Shown one piece after another: positions 56,963 through 64,000 of a stretch of DNA of 64,000 bases. Below the pieces are notes generated by a model that saw only the letters and a program-made list of their open reading frames with translations, was not told the origin of the DNA and did not search any database. The stretch spans positions 64,075 to 128,074 of the forward strand of contig JAWKHR010000008.1 in NCBI GenBank assembly GCA_041394725.1. Direction: 5' to 3'. A program made the position numbers and the translations under genes. Every line of letters starts with the position of its first letter. Position 1 is the first letter of the stretch. The DNA is from Vicinamibacterales bacterium. Its GTDB lineage: Bacteria > Acidobacteriota > Vicinamibacteria > Vicinamibacterales > SCN-69-37.

Positions 56963-59614
56963 ATGATGAGCCGTTCGCCCCTGCGCTGGACGCGCCATGC
57001 GTCCGTCCGTTCGCGCCTGATCGCACTCCTCTGTTCCGGCGTCCTGCTGGCGGCCTCCGCCGTCCCGGCCCAGGCGCAGCTCAAGGCCGTGGTCGTGGCC
57101 AGCGGGTTCAACTTTCCGCTCGGGTTCGTCCAGGACCCGACGATGGCCAACGTGCAGTACGTGCTGGAGAAGGAAGGGCGGATTCGCGTGCTGGTGGACG
57201 GCACGCTCCAGTCGTTCGACTTCCTCGACCTGTCGGGCCAGGTATCGACCGACAGCGAACGCGGCCTGCTCGGCATGGTCTTCGCGACCGACTACGCGAC
57301 GAGCGGGCGGTTCTTCGTCAACTTCACCAACCTCGACGGCCACACCGTCGTCGCGCGCTACCTTCGATCGACGGGTGACCCGCTGAGGGCCGACGCCGGC
57401 TCGCGGTTCGACCTGCGCTGGGGCGGGCCGTCCGGCGACCGGTTCATCGTGCAGCCGATCGCCAATCACAACGGCGGCCACATGGCGTTCGGCGCCGATG
57501 GCTACCTGTACATCGGGATGGGCGATGGCGGCGGCGGTGGCGATCCCAGCAACAACGCCCAGAACCCGAACACGTGGCTCGGCAAGATGCTGCGGATCGA
57601 CGTCAACGTCGCCGACAGCGACCCCGAGGGTTACGCGGTGCCGGGCGACAATCCCTTCGTGGGCGGCGGCGGCCTGCCGGAGATCTGGGCCTTCGGCGTC
57701 CGCAATCCCTGGCAGTTCACGTTCGACCTCGGCGGGCCGTCCGGGCCCGGCACGAACGGCATGTTCATGGGCGACGTCGGCCAGGGCGCCTGGGAGGAAG
57801 TGAACTTCGAGCCGGCCGGCGCCGGCGGACGCAACTACGGCTGGTGCCCGTTCGAGGGCAACCACGCGTTCCAGAACACCGACGGCACGTGCGCGGATGC
57901 GGCGTACACGGCGCTCACGTTCCCGATCCTCGAGTACGACCATTCGGTCGGGCACTCGATCACGGGGGGCTACGTCTACCGCGGCACGGCGCTCGGCGGC
58001 GCCTATCAGGGCCGCTACTTCTACGCGGACTTCATCTTCGGACGCGTGTGGTCGGTCGGCTTCAGCATCAACGGCAGCGGCGAGGCGGTGCCGGGGACGC
58101 CGGTCGAGCACACCGATGATCTCGAGGCCGCGCTCGGCAACATCAGCTCGTTCGGCATCGACGCGGCGGGTGAGCTCTACCTGGTGAGCTATCAGGGGTC
58201 GGTCCTGAAGATCGTGCTCGATTCCACGCCGCCGCCTTCGCCGGTGCCGACCGTGACGCTCACGATCGTCGCCCCGTCGGGCGGATCGGTCCTCGGTCCG
58301 GGCCTGCAGTGCGGCGTCGCCGGTGGCAGCTGCGTGGTGGAGCTGCCGCAGGGCACGACGGTCGGCCTCGACGCGCAGGCGGCGGCCGGCTTCGTCTTCT
58401 CGGCGTTCACCGGCGACGCGGACTGCGCCGACGGCCTGTTGACGATGAGCGCGAGCCGGACGTGCTCGGCGACCTTCGTGGCTTCAGGTGGCGGCGGCAC
58501 GCCCCCGCCGCCTCCGCCTCCGCCGCCGTCTGGCCTGCTTCGGCTGACGGTCGTCGCGACGGGCAACGGCACCGTCGTCGGCGCCGGGATCACCTGCGGC
58601 ACGCAGGGCGCCGCGTGCACGGTCGACTTTCCGGCCGGGATCGTCCTCGGATTCGACGCGGTGCCCGACAGCGGGAACACGTTCAGCGGCTGGTCCTCGT
58701 CGTGTCCCGGCGGGCTGGTGACGCTCACGGCGGACCTGACGTGCACCGCGACGTTCTCGAGCGGTGGCGGCTCGCCGCCCCCACCGCCCCCGCCACCCCC
58801 GCCGTCCGGCCTGCTGCGCCTCACGTTCTCCGTCACCGGGAACGGCACGGTCGTCGGCGCCGGGATCGTCTGCGGCACGCAGGGCTCGACGTGCGCGGTC
58901 GACTTCCCGGCGGGGATCGTGCTCGGGTTCGACGCGGTGCCCGACAGCGGCAATTCGCTCAGCGGCTGGTCCTCGTCATGCCCCGGCGGCCTGGTGAGCC
59001 TCACGAGCGACCTGACCTGCACGGCGACGTTCAGCGGGTCCGGGTCGCCGCCGCCTCCGCCGCCGCCCCCGCCCCCATCGTCGGGTCTCTTCCGGCTGAC
59101 GGTGGTCGCGCCGTCCGGCGGAACGATCTTCGGCGCCGGGATCGTGTGCGGCACGCAGGGTTCGACCTGCGCGGTGGACATGCCGGCCGGAATCACGCTG
59201 GGGCTCGACGCGGTGCCCGACGCGGGCAGTGCCTTCAGCGCGTGGTCCGCCTCGTGCCCGGGCGGCGTCGTGGTGCTGTCGTCCGACCTGACGTGCAGCC
59301 CGACGTTCACGGGCAGCACGCCGCCGCCGCCCCCGCCGCCGGCGAGCGCCCTGGTGCAGCTGACGATCGTGCCGACGACGGGCGGCAGCGTCTTCGGTCC
59401 GGCCATCAGCTGCGGTGATGCCGGTGCGTCGTGTTCGGTGCAGCTGCCCACGGGCGCGACGGTCGGCCTGGACGCGGTAGCCTCGCCGGGCTTCGTCTTC
59501 GCCGGCTGGTCGGGCGCGGGCTGCGGCCCCGTCGTCTCGATGACGACCTCGCGCACCTGCACCGCCACGTTCAACCCGGTGGTCGGCCCTCCCGAGCCGG
59601 GCCTGCGCTGGTAA
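56963..59614 (+). CDS. PQQ-dependent sugar (glucose/sorbosone) dehydrogenase fused to five B-repeat-like modules
   Basis: Signal peptide. GSDH beta-propeller motifs (ANHNGGHMAFGADGYLYIGMGDGGGGGDP, GVRNPWQFTFD). These are followed by five ~77-aa Cys-containing modules separated by poly-Pro linkers. Confidence 0.85.
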   Translation: MMSRSPLRWTRHASVRSRLIALLCSGVLLAASAVPAQAQLKAVVVASGFNFPLGFVQDPTMANVQYVLEKEGRIRVLVDGTLQSFDFLDLSGQVSTDSERGLLGMVFATDYATSGRFFVNFTNLDGHTVVARYLRSTGDPLRADAGSRFDLRWGGPSGDRFIVQPIANHNGGHMAFGADGYLYIGMGDGGGGGDPSNNAQNPNTWLGKMLRIDVNVADSDPEGYAVPGDNPFVGGGGLPEIWAFGVRNPWQFTFDLGGPSGPGTNGMFMGDVGQGAWEEVNFEPAGAGGRNYGWCPFEGNHAFQNTDGTCADAAYTALTFPILEYDHSVGHSITGGYVYRGTALGGAYQGRYFYADFIFGRVWSVGFSINGSGEAVPGTPVEHTDDLEAALGNISSFGIDAAGELYLVSYQGSVLKIVLDSTPPPSPVPTVTLTIVAPSGGSVLGPGLQCGVAGGSCVVELPQGTTVGLDAQAAAGFVFSAFTGDADCADGLLTMSASRTCSATFVASGGGGTPPPPPPPPPSGLLRLTVVATGNGTVVGAGITCGTQGAACTVDFPAGIVLGFDAVPDSGNTFSGWSSSCPGGLVTLTADLTCTATFSSGGGSPPPPPPPPPPSGLLRLTFSVTGNGTVVGAGIVCGTQGSTCAVDFPAGIVLGFDAVPDSGNSLSGWSSSCPGGLVSLTSDLTCTATFSGSGSPPPPPPPPPPSSGLFRLTVVAPSGGTIFGAGIVCGTQGSTCAVDMPAGITLGLDAVPDAGSAFSAWSASCPGGVVVLSSDLTCSPTFTGSTPPPPPPPASALVQLTIVPTTGGSVFGPAISCGDAGASCSVQLPTGATVGLDAVASPGFVFAGWSGAGCGPVVSMTTSRTCTATFNPVVGPPEPGLRW
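58253..59578 (+). repeat. Five in-frame tandem modules (~77 aa each plus Pro linkers) inside the dehydrogenase gene
   Basis: The pattern L(R)LTVV..G.G.V.G.GI.CG..G..C.V..P.G..LG.DAVPD.G..FSGWS..CPGG.V.L..DLTC.ATF occurs five times. Modules 2 and 3 are also very similar at the nucleotide level. Confidence 0.85.
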
Positions 59615-59617
59615 GGG

Positions 59618-59655
59618 GGACGGGTCTCGGCTGTGGAAAACTCACGAGCCCCGTC
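59618..59655. terminator. Hairpin between convergent genes (dehydrogenase / SDR); possible bidirectional terminator
   Basis: GGACGGGTCTCG ... CGAGCCCCGTCC. 12-bp stem with one mismatch, 14-nt loop, no clear U-tract. Confidence 0.4.
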
Positions 59656-59661
59656 CGCCGC

Positions 59662-60456
59662 CTAGCGGCCGCCGGTGACGTCGAGGATCGCGCCGGTCAC
59701 GTAGGACGCCTCGTCCGAGAGCAGCCAGAGGATGGCGCGCGCGACCTCCTCGGGCTGCGCCCCGCGCCCGAGCGGCACGGTCGGCCCGAGCCGGTCCACG
59801 CGCGCCGGCTCGCCGCCGCTGGCGTGGATGTCGGTGTAGGTGAAGCCCGGCCGCACCGCGTTGACGCGGATGCCTTCGCCGGCCACCTCGCGCGCCAGGC
59901 CCAGCGTCATCGTGTCGATGGCGCCCTTCGAGGCCGCGTAGTCCACGTACTCGTTCGCGGATCCGATCCGTGACGCCATCGACGACACGTTGACGATGGC
60001 GCCGCCCGGGCCGCCGTGGCGCGTCGACATCCGCCGCACCGCCTCGCGGGCGCAGAGGAACGCGCCGATGACGTTCGTGTCGAACACCCGGTGCAGGCGG
60101 GCCGCGTCGATCGCTTCCAGCCGTGTCTGCCGCTCGAGTACGCCCGCGTTGTTGACGAGCGCGTCCATCCGGCCGAAGGTCGCGTCGACGGCGGCGAACG
60201 CGCGGCCGACGTCCGCGTCCACCGACACGTCGGCCACGATCGCCAGCGCGCGGCCGCCGGCCGCCTCGACCGCGCGCGTCGTGGCGTCGGCGTCGGGCGA
60301 CGGGCGCCGGTACAGGAACGCGACGTCCCACCCGCCGGCCGCGGCGAGGCGGGCCGTGGCGGCGCCAATCCCGCGGCTGCCGCCGGTGATGACGATGGTG
60401 CGGCGGCGCGCACCGGGGGCGGCGGCGCGCGCGTCGGCGGGCGTGGCGTCGGTCAC
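59662..60456 (-). CDS. Short-chain dehydrogenase/reductase (SDR)
   Basis: TGxxxGxG (ITGGSRGIGAATA), NNAG, catalytic YAASKGA. GTG 60456 is in frame with the track ORF. Confidence 0.85.
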   Translation of the reverse strand: MTDATPADARAAAPGARRRTIVITGGSRGIGAATARLAAAGGWDVAFLYRRPSPDADATTRAVEAAGGRALAIVADVSVDADVGRAFAAVDATFGRMDALVNNAGVLERQTRLEAIDAARLHRVFDTNVIGAFLCAREAVRRMSTRHGGPGGAIVNVSSMASRIGSANEYVDYAASKGAIDTMTLGLAREVAGEGIRVNAVRPGFTYTDIHASGGEPARVDRLGPTVPLGRGAQPEEVARAILWLLSDEASYVTGAILDVTGGR

Positions 60457-60586
60457 GGACGAGAGGATATCGCAGGCGCCGCGCGCGGAAACCGCTTGCG
60501 GCGTTGGTGCGCGTCGTCCAGAATGACTCCGTACTCCGGCCGGCGAGCGCGCGTCGGCCCGGACCAGCGACAATCGAGGAGTCTCC

Positions 60587-61444
60587 ATGAACCGCCTGGC
60601 CTGTTCGTCGATCCTGGCCGTGCTGTTGACGTGCGCCGGTGCGACCGGCGCGATCGCGCAGACCTCCACGCTCACTTCCGGCGGCACCGTGCCGAGCGAC
60701 GTGATGGCCGTGCTGCTGCAGGGATCGGACGTCGGCTCCGGCCGCGCCTTCGACCTGCGCATCGGATCCGCGCCCGCGGCGTTTCCCGCCGACCTGCTGC
60801 CGGCCGGCACCCGCGTCAACGCCACCGCGGTCGGCCCGCAGGCGACCACGGTCGTCGGCACCCTGACGAGCTACGTCGCGGCGGATCAGCCCGCGTTCGA
60901 GGCGATGCTCACGTCCGCCGGCTGGATCGAGATGGTCTCGCGGCCGAAGGGCTTCACCGCGATCGTCCAGGGGGTGCCGCTGACGCTCTGCCGCGGCGCC
61001 GAGTTCGCGACCGTCTCGTTCGCGCCACGGATGCCGTCCGGGATGTTCGTGCGGGCCTCGGTCGCGACCGACGCCTCGCGGACGTGCGCCGCGCCGCACA
61101 TGTCGGACTTCAGCGACCTCCCGCTGCCGTCGCTCCGACCGCCGGCGGGCACCGAGTCCTCGGGCGCGGCCATCGGCGGCACGCCCGATGCGACCTACAC
61201 GACCGTGCGCCTCGCGACCACCCGACCGGTGGACCAGATCGCCGCGCACTACCGGGATCAGCTCACCTCGTCGGGCTGGCGGGTGGAGGGCGAGGCGACC
61301 GAGAACGGCGCCATGTCCGTGACGCGCTTCAGCACGGCCTCCACCGGCGGCGACCCGATGAGCGGCATGCTCGTCGTCACCGCGCTCGGCCAGTCCGGCC
61401 AGGTGGACGTGCTGCTCCGCCTCGTCCGCAACACGCTGCGCTAG
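60587..61444 (+). CDS. Hypothetical secreted protein
   Basis: Signal peptide SSILAVLLTCAGATGAIAQ. No motif recognised. Confidence 0.5.
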   Translation: MNRLACSSILAVLLTCAGATGAIAQTSTLTSGGTVPSDVMAVLLQGSDVGSGRAFDLRIGSAPAAFPADLLPAGTRVNATAVGPQATTVVGTLTSYVAADQPAFEAMLTSAGWIEMVSRPKGFTAIVQGVPLTLCRGAEFATVSFAPRMPSGMFVRASVATDASRTCAAPHMSDFSDLPLPSLRPPAGTESSGAAIGGTPDATYTTVRLATTRPVDQIAAHYRDQLTSSGWRVEGEATENGAMSVTRFSTASTGGDPMSGMLVVTALGQSGQVDVLLRLVRNTLR

Positions 61445-61448
61445 AGGG

Positions 61449-61718
61449 TCAGGCGCTCCGGCGTTTCGCGAATCGCGCGCGGGCCCGCGCGGCTTCCACC
61501 TCGCGGTCGCGCGGCGCCGCCGGTGTCACGAGCGAATCCACCAGCCGCCGGGCCGTGGCCGTCACCTCGTCCACGGCCCGGTCGAACGCCGCCTCGTTGG
61601 CGCGCGACGGCCGGGTGAATCCGCTGACCTTGCGCACGAACTGCACGGCGGCGGCCCGCACTTCCTCGTCCGTCGCGGGCGGGTCGAAGTTGAACAGCGT
61701 CCTGATGTTGCGGCACAT
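61449..61718 (-). CDS. DUF2277-like small protein
   Basis: Begins MCRNIRTLFNFDPPATDEEVRAAAVQFVRKVSG, the characteristic N-terminus of that family as I recall it. Start moved to ATG 61718. Confidence 0.65.
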   Translation of the reverse strand: MCRNIRTLFNFDPPATDEEVRAAAVQFVRKVSGFTRPSRANEAAFDRAVDEVTATARRLVDSLVTPAAPRDREVEAARARARFAKRRSA

Positions 61719-61759
61719 GGCGGTGGCGTCCTCCCGGCGGGTGTCGGACAATCATAGCC

Positions 61760-62248
61760 GTGGCCGACGGCGTGACTGCGACCGGGCGGGGCCCCGGCGT
61801 TCGGTTTCCCCCGCCGCTGCTGTTCGTGGGCGGCTTCGGCCTCGGTGTGCTGCTGAACCGGCGGCTGGAGTTCCTCGTGACCGGCAGCGGAGCCGGCCCG
61901 ATCCAGACCACCGTGGGCCTGGCGGCCCTGGCGCTCGGCCTGACCCTGATGGCGTGGGGCATCGTGACGTTTCTCCGCGCCAGGACGGCCGTCATGCCGA
62001 CGCGGCCGGCCCGCGACCTGGTGCGGTCGGGACCCTATCGGTTCTCGCGCAACCCGATGTACGTCGGCCTCACCACGGCCTACCTCGGCGGCGTGCTGGT
62101 CACGAACCTCGCCTGGCCGCTGATGCTGCTGCCGTTCGTGCTCCTGCTGCTCGTCCTCGCGGTCATCCGGCGCGAGGAGCGCTACCTGCATGGCGAGTTC
62201 GGCGACGCCTACGCGGCCTACTGCCGCGACGTCCGGCGATGGCTGTAG
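61760..62248 (+). CDS. Isoprenylcysteine carboxyl / phospholipid methyltransferase-family membrane protein
   Basis: 4-5 TM segments. C-terminal signature GPYRFSRNPMYVGL...REERYLHGEFGDAYAAY. Confidence 0.75.
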   Translation: MADGVTATGRGPGVRFPPPLLFVGGFGLGVLLNRRLEFLVTGSGAGPIQTTVGLAALALGLTLMAWGIVTFLRARTAVMPTRPARDLVRSGPYRFSRNPMYVGLTTAYLGGVLVTNLAWPLMLLPFVLLLLVLAVIRREERYLHGEFGDAYAAYCRDVRRWL

Positions 62249-62296
62249 TCGGCGGCCCGCGGTGAGGGCCGGGCCGAGGGAAGGAGACCGGCTTCG

Positions 62297-63484
62297 ATGA
62301 GCGACCCGCGCGACGATCACGACGATCTCGACGAGCTGGCCCGCGCGCTGGACGACGCGGCGGGCGGGTCGGCGCGGCCGATCGCGCCCGAACCGGCGGC
62401 GTCGATCGCCGCCACGCTCGAGCGCTGGTTGCGGCTCGTCGCGGAGCGCGCCGCCTCGGACCTGCTGTTGCTCGCGGGCGAGCCGCCGACGCTGCGCCAC
62501 GAGGGCCGCATCGTCCGGACCCAGGGCGCGCGCCTCGACGGCAACGAGATCGAGGCGGCGGTGCTGCCCGCGCTTCCGCCCCATGCGCGGCGCGCCTACC
62601 GCGCCACGGGCATCGCGGACGGCGCCTGCCGGCTGGCCGGCGCCGGCCGCTTCCGGATCAACCTGCACCGCGAGCGGGGCCGCGCCGCGGCGGCCATCCG
62701 GATGCTGCCCGGCCGCGTGCCCCGCCTGGCCACGCTCGACCTGCCCGCGGGCACCGCGCGCCTGGCGACGCTGCCGCGCGGCCTCGTGCTCGTGGGCGGC
62801 GCCACCGGGTCCGGCAAGACGACGACGATCGCCGCGCTGGTCGAGGAGATCAACCAGCACGAGGCGAGGCACATCGTGACGATCGAGGATCCGATCGAGT
62901 ACGAGCACACCAGCCAGCGCAGCGTGATCCAGCAGGTGGAGATCGGCATCGACGCGCCGGACTTCCCGACGGCGCTGCGCTCCGCGCTGCGGCAGTCGCC
63001 CGACGTCATCGTCATCGGCGAGATGCGCGATCCGGAGACGATGCGCATCGCACTGGCGGCGGGGGAGACGGGGCACCTGGTCTTCTCGACGCTGCACACG
63101 ACCGACGTCGCGTCCACCATCGCGCGGATCAGCGACTCCTTTCCGGTCGAACGGCAGCCGACCATCCGCCAGGAGCTGGCGAGCGCGCTCGCCGCCGTCC
63201 TGGTGCAGACGCTGCTGCCCCGGCCCGCCGGGGGGCGGGCGGCGGCGGCCGAGATGCTGCTCGTCGGCTACGGCGCGCGCCAGCACATCCGCCGGAACGC
63301 CCTCCATCACCTGCACCAGGAGATCGCGATCACGCGGAAGCACGGATCCTTCTCGCTGGAGGAGTGCCTCGCGAGCCTCGTCAGGGCCGGCGTCGTGGAT
63401 CAGGGCGAGGCGGCGCTACGGGCGATTCATCCCGAGGACTTCCAGCAGGCCCTGTACGCCGGCGGTGGGCAGCCCGCCAGCTGA
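62297..63484 (+). CDS. pilT: PilT-family type IV pilus retraction ATPase
   Basis: Walker A GGATGSGKTTT, IVTIEDPIEYEH, Walker B PDVIVIGEMRD, His box GHLVFSTLHT. GAAGGAG Shine-Dalgarno. Confidence 0.85.
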   Translation: MSDPRDDHDDLDELARALDDAAGGSARPIAPEPAASIAATLERWLRLVAERAASDLLLLAGEPPTLRHEGRIVRTQGARLDGNEIEAAVLPALPPHARRAYRATGIADGACRLAGAGRFRINLHRERGRAAAAIRMLPGRVPRLATLDLPAGTARLATLPRGLVLVGGATGSGKTTTIAALVEEINQHEARHIVTIEDPIEYEHTSQRSVIQQVEIGIDAPDFPTALRSALRQSPDVIVIGEMRDPETMRIALAAGETGHLVFSTLHTTDVASTIARISDSFPVERQPTIRQELASALAAVLVQTLLPRPAGGRAAAAEMLLVGYGARQHIRRNALHHLHQEIAITRKHGSFSLEECLASLVRAGVVDQGEAALRAIHPEDFQQALYAGGGQPAS

Positions 63485-64000
63485 CGACGGCCCCGGGCCG
63501 CCGCCGGAGCCCGGCAGCGCGCGACCGTTCTCGACCATGTCGCGGGTCAGGCCAAGGTAGCGTTCCATCCCGGAGCGCGTGCGGCTCCGCACGATCGGCC
63601 GGATCAGCGTCCCGATGAACCCGGACAGGCCCGGCACGCGCGACCGGGTCGTGTAGAGCAGGTAGCAGCGGTTCGGATCGTCGCTCTCGACCACCGTCCG
63701 CCATTCCAGCGTGGCACTGAAGTAGTGGTTCGCGTAGACCTGCCGGGTGGCGACGACGGCGTAGACGCCGCGCGCGCGCCGCGGGCCGTCCTCGATCCGC
63801 AGGATCAGCACGTGGTTCACCCGCGTGGTCGGCTTCATGCCGAAGTCGCCGGTGTTCCAGTAGAAGAAGTCGTCGATCGCACGCGTCGGCCCGCGCGGAT
63901 ACGCGTCGAGCGCCAGCATCAGTTCGGGCACCGGCACCGGCACGTCGCCGGCGTGGGTGATCCGGCGCGCTTCGGCCGCGAGGTCCGTGGGTTCGTCGCG
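63416..64000 (-). CDS. Hypothetical protein (5' end outside the window)
   Basis: The frame stays open to nt 64000. Normal GC3 bias. No motif recognised. Its 3' end overlaps pilT by ~69 nt. Confidence 0.4.
   Translation of the reverse strand, partial: RDEPTDLAAEARRITHAGDVPVPVPELMLALDAYPRGPTRAIDDFFYWNTGDFGMKPTTRVNHVLILRIEDGPRRARGVYAVVATRQVYANHYFSATLEWRTVVESDDPNRCYLLYTTRSRVPGLSGFIGTLIRPIVRSRTRSGMERYLGLTRDMVENGRALPGSGGGPGPSSAGGLPTAGVQGLLEVLGMNRP

Noticed and set aside
58500-59340. Regularly spaced near-identical ~290-nt DNA repeats with (CCG/CCC)n tracts, which might be taken for a CRISPR-like or VNTR array.
   Set aside because: All units are in one continuous reading frame and encode protein modules plus proline linkers. 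There are no unique spacers and no cas genes. I recorded it as an intragenic protein repeat.

Overview
Very GC-rich bacterial chromosomal segment. Third codon positions are almost always G/C, and long spurious antisense ORFs shadow nearly every real gene. I support about 49 protein-coding genes. I found no rRNA, tRNA, CRISPR array, transposase or prophage module. Gene content, in order: (i) a housekeeping block of topA (3' part), trmFO and xerC. (ii) An ~11 kb regulator/envelope block: a sigma-54 two-component pair, an ABC-F ATPase, an HTH-REC regulator, an ECF sigma/anti-sigma pair, secreted proteins, an APC permease and a PEGA protein. (iii) hslVU, an FN3-like lipoprotein, an FAH hydrolase, a transaldolase and an acyl-CoA carboxylase set (carboxyltransferase, biotin carboxylase, BCCP). 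(iv) Outer-membrane biogenesis genes: tamB-like, Omp85/BamA-like and a small periplasmic protein, all translationally coupled. (v) A ~16 kb envelope-glycan locus (31.3-47.7 kb) with five GT-C-like polytopic membrane proteins, four GT4 glycosyltransferases, two SAM methyltransferases and a CPBP protease. Two of its genes are frameshifted. (vi) Class II ribonucleotide reductase nrdJ with a long structured leader. (vii) Assorted genes: an ADOP-type duplicated FtsX permease, an M24 peptidase, a PQQ-type sugar dehydrogenase fused to five B-repeat modules, an SDR, DUF2277, an ICMT-family methyltransferase and an orphan pilT. The organism is a diderm. By inference only (ADOP permease, PEGA protein, GC content) it resembles Acidobacteriota. 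The best candidate for an undescribed system is the GT-C-dominated glycan locus. It has no recognisable Wzx/Wzy/ABC exporter or priming transferase, and it contains an apparently uncharacterised GT-C-like paralog family with a sharply conserved loop motif. Coordinates of non-coding elements were counted by eye and may be off by 1-2 nt. CDS starts that I moved away from the ORF track were checked for frame.
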